DNA from: a bacterium
Lineage (GTDB): Bacteria; Krumholzibacteriota; Krumholzibacteriia; G020349025
Length of the DNA stretch: 64,000 bases
Assembly (NCBI GenBank): GCA_031362565.1
Contig: JANLSU010000120.1
Coordinates: forward strand, 96,001-160,000
Direction of reading: 5' to 3'
In this document: positions 44,160 through 52,918 of the stretch, piece by piece
Numbering within the stretch: position 1 is the stretch's first letter
Layout: each line of letters starts with the position of its first letter
Translations under genes and position numbers: made by a program
Notes under the pieces: model-generated
What the model was told of the DNA's origin: nothing
The model's database searches: none
The model's input: only the letters and a program-made list of their open reading frames with translations

Positions 44160-44189
44160 TTGACGCCCGAGCGCCGGCCCCCCGATACT
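44160..44189 (+). promoter_or_regulatory. Sigma-70-like promoter for efp
   Basis: TTGACG-N18-GATACT, with GAGGAG RBS downstream. Confidence 0.5.
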
Positions 44190-44233
44190 AGGGCCACTGG
44201 ACTAGAGCCCCTTAGGACCAACGAGGAGTTTCC

Positions 44234-44794
44234 GTGAGCGTTCAAGCGACGCAGCTCAAAGTCGGCATGATCATCATGCACAACGCCAAGCCACACCGGG
44301 TCATGAGTGTTCTGCACGTGACGCCGGGTAACTGGCGCGGCATGGTGCAGACCAAACTCGTGAACATCGAGACCGGGTCCAATGCCGAGCACCGGTTCCG
44401 GTCCGAAGACCGCGTCGACCAGGCCGACATGGAGCACCACAAGCTGCAACTGTCGTATCGCGCCGCCGACGAATTCAACTTCATGAACACCGAGAACTAC
44501 GAGATGGTGATGCTCGACAAAACCGTCCTCGGTGGCTCCGCGTTGTATCTGCTGGAGGGCATGGAAATCGAGGCGCTGTACTTCGAGGGGCGCGTCGTCG
44601 GCATCGAAGTGCCGACCTTCGTCGAACTCCTCGTTACCGAGACGACTCCCAGCATGAAGGGCGCGACCGCTGCCGCATCGCCCAAGCCCGCGACCCTCGA
44701 GACGGGTTTACAGATCAAGGTGCCGCAGTACGTCAATACCGGTGACCGGGTGAAGATCGATACCCGCACCGACGAATTCGTCGAACGAGCGTAG
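44234..44794 (+). CDS. efp: Elongation factor P
   Basis: HVTPGNWRGMVQ loop, FMNTENYE and KPATLETG..IKVP..V..GD.VKIDTR motifs. Confidence 0.95.
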   Translation: MSVQATQLKVGMIIMHNAKPHRVMSVLHVTPGNWRGMVQTKLVNIETGSNAEHRFRSEDRVDQADMEHHKLQLSYRAADEFNFMNTENYEMVMLDKTVLGGSALYLLEGMEIEALYFEGRVVGIEVPTFVELLVTETTPSMKGATAAASPKPATLETGLQIKVPQYVNTGDRVKIDTRTDEFVERA

Positions 44795-44802
44795 CGTAAG
44801 CC

Positions 44803-45288
44803 ATGCCTGCGACTCTCGAGACTCGCGCCACGATCATTGCGGCATCTCTGGCTCTCGCGGCCTTGCTCTGCGGCTGCGGCGACAAAAAAGCCGTACCGCC
44901 CTACCAACCCGGCCTCGGCGAGATCATGACATTGACGCAGATGCGCCACGCCAAACTCTGGCTGGCCGGCGACGCCCAGAACTGGGCGCTCGCGTCCTAC
45001 GAAGTCGACGAGATCGCCGCGGGTTTCCAAGACGTCATCGCTTATCACCCGACGCACAAAGACTCGCCGGTGCCCTTGCGCGATGCGATTCCGGTGATGA
45101 TCGACGGGCCGATCGAAGAACTGCGGGCAGCGATCGCCAAGCAAGATCCAGCCACCTTCGCGACCGCCTACGACGGCCTGACCGCAGCGTGCAACGCCTG
45201 CCACGAAGCCACGAACTCCGCTTTCAACGTCGTGCAACGCCCCGCCGCGAATCCCTTCCCGAACCAACTCTTCACCGTGCCGCGCTAG
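44803..45288 (+). CDS. Lipoprotein cytochrome c (four-helix, c'-like)
   Basis: Lipobox LCGC, PGLGEIM...QMRHAKLW and C-terminal CNACH. Confidence 0.8.
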   Translation: MPATLETRATIIAASLALAALLCGCGDKKAVPPYQPGLGEIMTLTQMRHAKLWLAGDAQNWALASYEVDEIAAGFQDVIAYHPTHKDSPVPLRDAIPVMIDGPIEELRAAIAKQDPATFATAYDGLTAACNACHEATNSAFNVVQRPAANPFPNQLFTVPR

Positions 45289-45520
45289 AACGCCGACGAG
45301 CCTGGGGCAGCTGACCCGCGACTGGATCTCGCCTTCGCCGACGCGCTTCGGATATCATTCTGCTCTCGACAATTTGGCGTGGCGGAACGGGTTATGGCTG
45401 CGAAGGCGTCTTATGTAAACCTGGCATTGCGCCCGCGGGGCGCGGCCACGCTTTGAGCCGCCCCCCACAACGAGTACTGCGGGTTTATCTTCAAAGAGGA
45501 CACCCCATTCTCCGGAGGGC

Positions 45521-46540
45521 TTGCCCGTGCGGTCACTCGGCCAGATCTGGCGCAACGCTCTGAACAGAGCCGCTCCTGCGGCATTCGCGGTGGCGATTTC
45601 CGGCTGTGACGATGACGTCGCCACACCGGGAACTGGCCACGCGTGCGGCGATTACTCAAGGTCAGTTGCCCAAATCACCTCGAGGGACACTCCGGGCGGC
45701 TGTATCGACCTCGCTGTAGCTGGCAACTACGTCCTCGTCGCGGACTACAGTGCCGGACTTCAGGTGATCGATGTGAGTCGTCCATCATCACCGCAACTGG
45801 TGGCGACGATCCCATATCCCAGCGTAGACCCTCTAGGAGTGGTCATCGCCAATTCGTATGCGTATGCCGCAGGTCCCTCGGGGCTTCGGGTAATCGACAT
45901 CTCCAACCCGACCTCGCCGCGCATCGTTGGGACTCTCGGGACAAATGAGTTCGCCCTAGCCGTGGCAGTTGACCGGGGTCACGCCTTTGTTGCAGTCGGG
46001 TCTGGCGGATTGTTGGTGGCCGACGTCAGTGACCCGACGACCCCGACAGTTGTTGCCACACTCGATACACCTGGGGATGCTCGTGGCGTCGCGATTGCTG
46101 GCGACTTCGCCTACGTCGACGATGGCCGATACGGCCTGCAAATCGTCGACATTAGCAACAAGGAGTCGCCTGTGATTATCAGGACCGTAGATACAGAGTT
46201 TGCGAATGGGGTAGCTGTAGAAGGTGACCACGCCTACGTCGCTGACGGTCGATCCGGCCTGAGGATAATCGATATCCACGACCCCGCTGTAGCCAGAATA
46301 GTGGGAACTATCGACACGCCCGGCGATGCTTCCGACGTCGTCGTTGCGGGACGGTACGCCTACGTCGGCGACTGGGATTCCGGACTTCAGGTCATCGACA
46401 TCAGTGACCCGTTGTCGCCGCGACTTGTGGGAGCAGCGGATACGCCGAGTATTGCCCGTGGCGTTGCTGTGGCTGGTGACTACGTCTACGTGGCGGACCA
46501 CATGGCCGGCCTCCACGTGTTCCCCCGGCAGTGTGACTGA
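45521..46540 (+). CDS. LVIVD-repeat beta-propeller protein (start uncertain)
   Basis: Seven repeats of DTPG.A..V.V.G.YAYVAD...GL.VID.S and a possible lipobox ISGC. Codon usage looks less GC3-biased than the flanks. Confidence 0.85.
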   Translation: MPVRSLGQIWRNALNRAAPAAFAVAISGCDDDVATPGTGHACGDYSRSVAQITSRDTPGGCIDLAVAGNYVLVADYSAGLQVIDVSRPSSPQLVATIPYPSVDPLGVVIANSYAYAAGPSGLRVIDISNPTSPRIVGTLGTNEFALAVAVDRGHAFVAVGSGGLLVADVSDPTTPTVVATLDTPGDARGVAIAGDFAYVDDGRYGLQIVDISNKESPVIIRTVDTEFANGVAVEGDHAYVADGRSGLRIIDIHDPAVARIVGTIDTPGDASDVVVAGRYAYVGDWDSGLQVIDISDPLSPRLVGAADTPSIARGVAVAGDYVYVADHMAGLHVFPRQCD

Positions 46541-46659
46541 TGGCTCCACCATCGCATCTCAGCGCACCTCTTTGACTCCCCTTCCGGCGACGGGTTCCAG
46601 CGGTCAGTTCGCCTTCCGCCTGGTTATACGACAAGCCCCCAGGCCCCTCTGGCACCGAG

Positions 46660-46777
46660 TGCGCCTTCCGCGTAGAAAGACGCAGCCGCTGGCCATCCGC
46701 TCTGGAAACTTGGCGGTTTGCGCGGACCTCGGGTCGCGGAACGCGCCGGCATTGCGCCTTCCGGACCCAAAGACGCA
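46660..46777. repeat. Two copies of a 25-bp imperfect palindrome TGCGCCTTCCG-N5-AAAGACGCA
   Basis: Copies at 46660-46684 and 46753-46777. Confidence 0.7.
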
Positions 46778-46849
46778 ACGCAGAGCCCCGAGGGGGCTGG
46801 TCGTCGCGGCGCCCGCTTGGCGACATCCTCGACGGGTCTCTCCGCGTTC

Positions 46850-48211
46850 CTACACCGCGTCGCTCAGGCTCGAAAATGTGAAGTTGGCGGCTTTGATTGC
46901 CGGCATCACGGCATTGCCGGTCCGAACCGCGGGCGTCATGCCGAGAACGTTGTTGAGCATGACGGCGGGGCTTTCGTTGAAGCGGAAGTTCACCACCGGG
47001 TGGGTGATCTTGCCGTTTTCGATCAACCACAGGCCGTCGCGCGTCAGCCCGGTCAACTGCATCGTCTGTGGGTTGACGACACGGATATACCAGAAGTGGG
47101 TCACCAAGAGACCGCGTTCGGTGGACCCGATGAGCGCCTCCAGCGCGTCCTTGCCGCCTTCAAGCACGAAGTTGCCCGCCGAGGGCGTCGGCTCGCGGTC
47201 ACTCTTCTTCGCCCAATAGCGGTCGTAACTCAAGTTCTTGAGAACGCCGTTTTCGACCCAGGTGATGGGCGTATTCGCGACGCCCGGCTCGCCGCCACCG
47301 AATCCGCCGCCTCCACCGCCGCCGCCGCCGCCACCACCCCAAGGCGAGCCCGGCCGGCGCCGGTCGAGCGGATCGCTCTTCATCGTCACCGATTCGTGAA
47401 ACACCTTTTCGCCGAGCTGCGTGCCGCCGCCCTTTTTCGAGAAGTACGAGCGGCCTTCCTCGGCCGTGCGAGCCGAGAGCGCGCCGCCGATGTTGAACCC
47501 GAGGAGTTCGGCCACCGCCGCGGGCTCCAGAATCACGGTGTAGTCGCCGGGCTCGAGGCGTTGCGGCGCTGCCGACTCGCGGGCTTTGCGGACGGCCGTC
47601 GTTGCGAGCTTCCCGGCGTCAATGTCGCGGACCCGGAAGCTCGAGTCCTCTGCCCATCCCGATCCCGTACCGTCCGGTGTCCGGGCCGTAGCGCTCAGCG
47701 ACACAGTCGTCGACGGGAAATACCCGAAGTTGCCCGCCTTGTTGGCGATGCATTGCACGGCGCTGCTGTTCGTGAAGAACCCGGAGCTGCTCATGCTCTC
47801 GCGCGTCGCCGCTTCGACAACGGCCTGCACGCCCGCGACGCGCCCAGCGGCGCCCAAGCGTGCGGTCGCATCATCCTGAGCAACGATTTCCAGGTACTTC
47901 TGCGGCGCCAGCGGCCCGACGTATTCGGGATCGGCCGGCATCAACGCCGCCAGTTCCTCGGCGCGCTTCATCGCCTTCTCGAGTGCCGCATCACCGGTCT
48001 CGTTCAGCGACACGCGCCCCGTACGTCCATCGCGCGTGGCGCTCACCACAACCGTCACCGACTCCGAATCACCGGACGTCGTGATTTCGTTGTTGGCGAA
48101 GCGCGTGTTCGAATTGCGGCCGAACGTGAGCGCCACCGATGCATCCTCGGCGCTGGTGAAGCCGAGCGCCCGAGCGGCAATCTGCCGGCATTCCTTTTCG
48201 CTCATCGACAT
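46850..48211 (-). CDS. TldE/PmbA family protein
   Basis: TRFANN, LEPGDYTVILEP.AV, TGLTRDG and NFRFNESP motifs, with no HExxxH. Confidence 0.9.
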   Translation of the reverse strand: MSMSEKECRQIAARALGFTSAEDASVALTFGRNSNTRFANNEITTSGDSESVTVVVSATRDGRTGRVSLNETGDAALEKAMKRAEELAALMPADPEYVGPLAPQKYLEIVAQDDATARLGAAGRVAGVQAVVEAATRESMSSSGFFTNSSAVQCIANKAGNFGYFPSTTVSLSATARTPDGTGSGWAEDSSFRVRDIDAGKLATTAVRKARESAAPQRLEPGDYTVILEPAAVAELLGFNIGGALSARTAEEGRSYFSKKGGGTQLGEKVFHESVTMKSDPLDRRRPGSPWGGGGGGGGGGGGFGGGEPGVANTPITWVENGVLKNLSYDRYWAKKSDREPTPSAGNFVLEGGKDALEALIGSTERGLLVTHFWYIRVVNPQTMQLTGLTRDGLWLIENGKITHPVVNFRFNESPAVMLNNVLGMTPAVRTGNAVMPAIKAANFTFSSLSDAV

Positions 48212-48215
48212 GGCT

Positions 48216-49838
48216 TCACTCCGTTCGCAGGACGTTGATGCCGCGGAACAAGGTCGGCGAGCAGCCGTGGCTCATGGCGTTGATTTGGCCCGGCTGGCCC
48301 TTGCCGTCGTTCGTAAGTCCAAAGTTCTGCCAGAACCGCTCGTCGGCGATCGCCGCGCAGGCGTGCCAGAAGTCGGTGGTCTTGCTCTGGTAGGCGACGT
48401 CGGCCAGCATGCGCCCCTTCTTGCCGTTCTTGATCTCCCAGAACGCGTCGCCGCCGAATTGGAAGTTGTAACGCTGATGATCGATCGACCACGAGCCGCG
48501 CCCGTCGATCAGCACGCCGTCCTCGACCATGGCAATGAGGTCATCCAAACTCTTGCCATCCTTGCCGGGCCGCAGCCACACATTTGGGATACGCTGGAAC
48601 GGCACGCTGTCGAACGAGTCGGCGTAGCAGCAGCCGCGCGACTCCTTCTCGCCCACCAAGTGCGCCTGGTCGCGAATCGTTTGATAAGCCTGGAAGACAC
48701 CGTCCTTGACGATGTCGAAGGAGGTGGCCTTGACCCCGTCGTCGTCGTAACCAACCGTCGCCATGCCCTGTGGCAGGGTGCGATCGCCGACGATGTTCAT
48801 GAGCGGTGAACCGATCTCCAGCTTGCCCATGGTCTTGTCGGGTGGCGCTACGAATGACGTGCCGGCGAAATTGGCCTCGTACCCAAGGGCGCGATCCAGC
48901 TCCGTCGAGTGGCCGATGCTCTCGTGGATGGTGAGCGCCAGGTGCGACGGCATCAGCACAAGATCCTTCGCCCCCGGCTCGATCGATGGCGCTGACAGGT
49001 GTTCGACGGCCTCGGCACCGACACGCTCGGCGTTTTCGAGCAGTCCGCAGCGCTCGATGTGCTCGTAACCACCCGTCACCGGCGGGACCTGAAAGCTGCG
49101 CGACTTGTTCTTGCGCGTCGCGAATTCGACCGCGGTTGCGCTGAAGGTCGGTGCCGTCTGCAGGATGAGCTGCTGGATCGATGAGCCGTCCGTGGAAGCG
49201 AAGAATTTGTCCTCGGAGCGAAACGTCAGCGATGAATTGACTTGGCTGACGCCCTTGGTCCGTCGCGCCGCGTCGTGCGCCGACTGCAGGAGACCCAATT
49301 TGTCCTGCAGCGGCACGTCGAAGGGGTTTCTCTCGAACGGCGTCGAGTAGCGATCCTTGTACGCTGGCACCGCGGCGAGTTCCACTCGGTGTTTCTGCAG
49401 GGGCAGGTTGGCCTTGGCGCTCGCGACGGCCGCCGCTGTGATGCGCGCGATCTCGTCCTTGTCCACTTTCGGGCTCGCGGCGAAACCCCAGGTGCCCGAG
49501 TGCAGCACGCGCACCCCGAAACCAAACGATTCACTCTCGAAGACGTTCGGCACGTTGTTGACGGCGCCGCTTGCCGCGCCCTGACTCCGGTCACGGCTCG
49601 TCCGCAGCGCCACGGTCTGGTTGCGATAGCGATTGATGCGAATATCGGCGTACGAGCAGCCAAGCTTGCGGGCTTTGTCGAGGGCGACGGCGGCCAGCGC
49701 ATCCAGATCGCCCGGCGCGAGCGACGTTGCGAGCGCTTTCGGGATCGACAAAAGCGACTCCCGCAACAGGCCACCGACTGCGGCCGCACCGGCGGTCAGG
49801 CCAACGGTACGGAGAAACTCGCGGCGAGTAGGCGACAC
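48216..49838 (-). CDS. tldD: TldD family metalloprotease with Tat signal
   Basis: TRREFL Tat motif, YADIR, G.WGFA, IHESIGH, YDDDG, GSWSID and SHGC motifs. Confidence 0.9.
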   Translation of the reverse strand: MSPTRREFLRTVGLTAGAAAVGGLLRESLLSIPKALATSLAPGDLDALAAVALDKARKLGCSYADIRINRYRNQTVALRTSRDRSQGAASGAVNNVPNVFESESFGFGVRVLHSGTWGFAASPKVDKDEIARITAAAVASAKANLPLQKHRVELAAVPAYKDRYSTPFERNPFDVPLQDKLGLLQSAHDAARRTKGVSQVNSSLTFRSEDKFFASTDGSSIQQLILQTAPTFSATAVEFATRKNKSRSFQVPPVTGGYEHIERCGLLENAERVGAEAVEHLSAPSIEPGAKDLVLMPSHLALTIHESIGHSTELDRALGYEANFAGTSFVAPPDKTMGKLEIGSPLMNIVGDRTLPQGMATVGYDDDGVKATSFDIVKDGVFQAYQTIRDQAHLVGEKESRGCCYADSFDSVPFQRIPNVWLRPGKDGKSLDDLIAMVEDGVLIDGRGSWSIDHQRYNFQFGGDAFWEIKNGKKGRMLADVAYQSKTTDFWHACAAIADERFWQNFGLTNDGKGQPGQINAMSHGCSPTLFRGINVLRTE

Positions 49839-49937
49839 GGCGATCTCCCTTGCGCGAGAGCCCGGGGTTGCGTCTGTTGAACCCCGCCACTCTACCCCAC
49901 GCATGGCTCGGGCGTCACCAGTCCGGAGGCCCGCGCC

Positions 49938-51095
49938 TCAGAGAGTGCCGGCCTGCAAGGTGGCGCAAAACTCCCCGAAGGGCAGAACTTCGATTCCATC
50001 GCGCGTCTTCAACCGATCCTTGCCGGTGTAGACAAGCAGGCTGCGACGTACGCCGGGAAGCACCTTGAAGGCACGCAGTCCCTTGCACATCCCGTCCGAG
50101 AACTTGCTCGACGATTTCACCTCGATCGCGACAATTTCCTTCCCCCGGACGAGTACGAAATCGACTTCGATCGCGACGGAATCGCTCGACGCCCAGTAGA
50201 AGATTCCATCGTAGAGCCGGCGGTAGGCGTTGTACGCCCGTAGCACGGTAAAGACATACCCCTCGAAGAGCCGGCCGGCTTCCTCGCGCGACGGCACGCC
50301 CCAGGATTGCATCGCAGCTCGAGCCAAGCCACAGTCGACCCAATACAGCTTGGGCAACGCGCGTTCGCGAAACCGCAGCTTGGCGTCGAACGCCGGGAGG
50401 CGCAGAGTAAGCAGAGTGTCCTCCAGAATCTCGAGGTATCCCTGCACCGTCGAGCGCGACACGCCAGCTTCGCGAGCGATATTGGAAGCGTTGATCACTT
50501 GCGCATGGGAGAGCGCCGCGACTGGGAAGAACCGTGAGAAGGCCGGCAGATTGCGCACCAGCGCTTCGGCCCGGATTTCCTCTTTGAGATACAGCTCGAC
50601 GTAGGCGCGAAGAGTCTCGTCCGGTTCATCCGCCGCAACGACCAGCGCAATCGACCCGTAGCGCAGCACCCGCGGCAAGCTGAAAGCCTCCCCGAGTTCG
50701 TTCGGAGTCAGGGGGAAGAGCTCGCGTTTCGCGGCGCGGCCCGCCAGCAGGTTCGTTCCGGCCAACTTGAGTTTGCGAGCGCTCGAACCCAGCAGCGCAA
50801 AGCGCTGTTTGCGATCTTCGATCGCCCGGTGCACTTCGTTCAGAAGGTTGGGCAGGCGCTGGATCTCATCGACAACGATCGTGGCCCCGGCCCGCTCGGC
50901 ATTCAGTTTCAGCGCGAAGAGTTCAGGGTTGGACAAATAGCTCTGGAACACCTGCTCATCGAGCAGGTCGATACGTGTCGCGTTCGGGAAGGTCTCACGC
51001 GCGACGGTGCTCTTGCCGACTCCACGCACCCCCAAGAGGAAGAAGCTGCCCTTGGGCGGCGCGAAGAGGCGCTTGAAAACTGGCCTGCTCACCAT
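49938..51095 (-). CDS. AAA+ ATPase (AAA_14 plus DUF4143)
   Basis: GVRGVGKS Walker A, VVDEIQR Walker B, LGSSA, LAGRA, PKLYWVDCG and EVDFV...IEVK motifs. Confidence 0.9.
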   Translation of the reverse strand: MVSRPVFKRLFAPPKGSFFLLGVRGVGKSTVARETFPNATRIDLLDEQVFQSYLSNPELFALKLNAERAGATIVVDEIQRLPNLLNEVHRAIEDRKQRFALLGSSARKLKLAGTNLLAGRAAKRELFPLTPNELGEAFSLPRVLRYGSIALVVAADEPDETLRAYVELYLKEEIRAEALVRNLPAFSRFFPVAALSHAQVINASNIAREAGVSRSTVQGYLEILEDTLLTLRLPAFDAKLRFRERALPKLYWVDCGLARAAMQSWGVPSREEAGRLFEGYVFTVLRAYNAYRRLYDGIFYWASSDSVAIEVDFVLVRGKEIVAIEVKSSSKFSDGMCKGLRAFKVLPGVRRSLLVYTGKDRLKTRDGIEVLPFGEFCATLQAGTL

Positions 51096-51267
51096 GTCGG
51101 CATTTTACGGCGAAAAACGCCGACAAGCTAGACGATTTTTGGAGGTCCACCCCGGGCAGCGCCTGGCACCCACGGCCTACCGACATTGCCGTCCGCGCGG
51201 CCCGCGGCCCTAGAGCGGCAGCGAATCCGTGGAAGTGGAGGTCCCCGCGTGAGTATCGAACCCAACT

Positions 51268-51301
51268 AAAGAGGGCCCCGCGGCTTGCGCCGCGAGGCCC
51301 C
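51268..51301 (-). terminator. Rho-independent terminator of the candidate RNA
   Basis: GGGCCTCGCGGC-GCAA-GCCGCGGGGCCC followed by TCTTT, with a GNRA tetraloop on the minus strand. Confidence 0.75.
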
Positions 51302-51388
51302 ACGGAATGAGGTCCAGTGTCGACGGCGGTGGGTACCCAAGTAGTTGGGGAAAACCCGCCTAAACGCCATGAACGCTGGGGCTCCCTG

Positions 51389-51433
51389 CTACAGGGCCGC
51401 CACCTCCACTGAGCCGCATCGGTCTAAACTCAC
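51389..51433 (-). CDS. Putative 14-aa peptide MSLDRCGSVEVAAL
   Basis: GTG start 7 nt after the GGAGG core of AGGAGGTGATCCA, with TAG stop at 51389-51391. Confidence 0.4.
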   Translation of the reverse strand: MSLDRCGSVEVAAL

Positions 51434-51560
51434 TGGATCACCTCCTCGATCGCCCTACCCAAATCGGCGGGACCCAACCCACCCAGTTCCTCGAGCCGGG
51501 CTCGCTGTCGGAACCGTCACGGTGCCGCGCGGGCAGCCCGTGAGTTTTGTATCGAGATCG

Positions 51561-51569
51561 AGTCTAGCA
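51561..51569 (-). promoter_or_regulatory. Extended -10 element TGcTAGACT
   Basis: Lies just upstream of the first hairpin of the candidate RNA. No strong -35. Confidence 0.5.
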
Positions 51570-51713
51570 AGAATCAACTCGGGACTCCACAACCGGAAAA
51601 GCACCCGGCTCGCCCGGCGCCCCGGCACCCTGCCCCTCCCCCCTTGGCCTGGACGGCCGCCTGCACCATCCTCCACGGGCCCTTGATCGGTCGCCCCCAC
51701 GAAGGAGAATTCC

Positions 51714-52334
51714 ATGCGGTTCCAGTCACGCCACGGGTTCTGTGTCATCGTGTTGGCCCTGGGTTGCTCGAGCGCCGCTTTGGCCCAGGACAAGCCTGCA
51801 CAAGCGCCGCCCATGAGCGCCGAGGAACAGGCGATGCAGGCGAAGTGGATGGCGTTCATGACCCCGGGCGCGGAACACCAGATCCTGGCCGGCCGGGTTG
51901 GAATGTGGAACTCGAAGGTCACCATTTGGGAGGCGCCGGGTGCACCACCGGTTTCCGAAATGTCGAAAACCGAGGTGAAGGCCATTTTCGACGGCCGTTA
52001 CTTCGAAGACACGACCACCGGCAACTTCATGGGGATGCCGTTCAACGGCCGCGCACTCATGGGCTACGACAACCTGAAGAAGAAATTCTTCACTACCTGG
52101 ATCGACAACATGGGCACGGGCATGATGGTCGCCGAGGGCACGTACGACGCCGCGACCAAGACCATTACTTTCGCGGGCGACCATCCTGACATCATGGCCG
52201 GCAAGTACCGCCCGTCCAAGTCGACCGAAAAGTGGGTCAGCGCCGACGAGTGGCAGATGGAGATGTTCAATCAGGGACCCGACGGCAAGTCCTGGTGGAA
52301 GTGCATGGAGATCGTGTACACGCGCGCCAAGTGA
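51714..52334 (+). CDS. DUF1579 domain protein, secreted
   Basis: Signal peptide, TPGAEH..L...G.W and GYDNLKKKF..TWIDNMGTG motifs. Confidence 0.88.
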   Translation: MRFQSRHGFCVIVLALGCSSAALAQDKPAQAPPMSAEEQAMQAKWMAFMTPGAEHQILAGRVGMWNSKVTIWEAPGAPPVSEMSKTEVKAIFDGRYFEDTTTGNFMGMPFNGRALMGYDNLKKKFFTTWIDNMGTGMMVAEGTYDAATKTITFAGDHPDIMAGKYRPSKSTEKWVSADEWQMEMFNQGPDGKSWWKCMEIVYTRAK

Positions 52335-52381
52335 GGGTCTTCACTACGAGACCGGGGACGTTTCACGATGGGGAGATCACG

Positions 52382-52918
52382 ATGCGGTGGATCCGTCGCG
52401 GCCTCATTTGTTGTGCTCTGCTTGTGCCTATCATGGCCTCTTTGTCCTGCACCAAGTATGAACATCGAGGTCTGAAGCCCGCGGACGTTTGGAAACTCAA
52501 GCCCAAGTACGAAGAGACCATCTTACCTGGATGGTTGCTTGGCGGCGGACCGGTTTGCACCTTTTCGTCCACGCCTTCCAATGGCCTTGTCGCATCACCG
52601 TGGCAGTACTCGCGCGATATCGCCCTCACGGCGACCGACGAGGTCGATATTTCGTTCACGAATTTGGGGGCATCTGCCGTCGTGGTCTCCGAGGTAATTT
52701 TGTTTCAGTGCATGGCTGGAGCTTGGATTCCAACGGCATCGGCGGCAGATCCTCGGGTGTTTTTCATCACGAATGACTGCACCGGAAAAACCCTGGCTCC
52801 GAGCGAGGGTTGCTTCGTGAAGATCGGGGTCCGCTCGAGGCTCGGAAAGTCCAAGCTCGAGGTGCACGGTCCAGGTGGCGTTGTGCTGTTCGAGTTCGAC
52901 ATCAATGTCTATCTATAG
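52382..52918 (+). CDS. Hypothetical Cys-containing lipoprotein with an Ig-like domain
   Basis: GGAG RBS, lipobox SLSC, and FTN.G...F.ITNDCTGKTLAPSEGC.V. Confidence 0.6.
   Translation: MRWIRRGLICCALLVPIMASLSCTKYEHRGLKPADVWKLKPKYEETILPGWLLGGGPVCTFSSTPSNGLVASPWQYSRDIALTATDEVDISFTNLGASAVVVSEVILFQCMAGAWIPTASAADPRVFFITNDCTGKTLAPSEGCFVKIGVRSRLGKSKLEVHGPGGVVLFEFDINVYL

Larger units (their letters stand above)
51265..51555 (-). ncRNA. Candidate ~290-nt structured RNA with a 16S-3'-complementary element and a short ORF
   Basis: Extended -10 upstream, several hairpins, AGGAGGTGATCCAG paired with downstream CACTGGACCTC, and its own terminator. No Rfam family recognised by eye. Confidence 0.65.

Noticed and set aside
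45423..46758. 11-bp direct repeat GGCATTGCGCC flanking the LVIVD gene as a target-site duplication
   Set aside because: Short and GC-rich, so plausible by chance, and no element ends are visible.
46850..51433. The 14-aa peptide as a RiPP precursor processed by the downstream TldD/E
   Set aside because: It is separated by a terminator and an unrelated ATPase gene, there are no modifying enzymes, and TldD appears Tat-exported while the peptide has no export signal.
51433..51446. 16S rRNA gene fragment (CTGGATCACCTCCT on the + strand)
   Set aside because: Only 14 nt match and the flanks lack helix 44/45 sequence (no GTAACAAGGTAGCCGT). Interpreted as a minus-strand SD-like element instead.
51265..51555. 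tmRNA or 6S RNA identity for the structured RNA
   Set aside because: There is no tRNA-like acceptor or T-arm and no CCA end, and the ORF has its own SD and start, unlike a tmRNA tag. The fold appears multibranched rather than a 6S-like rod with a central bubble. A cmscan is still needed.
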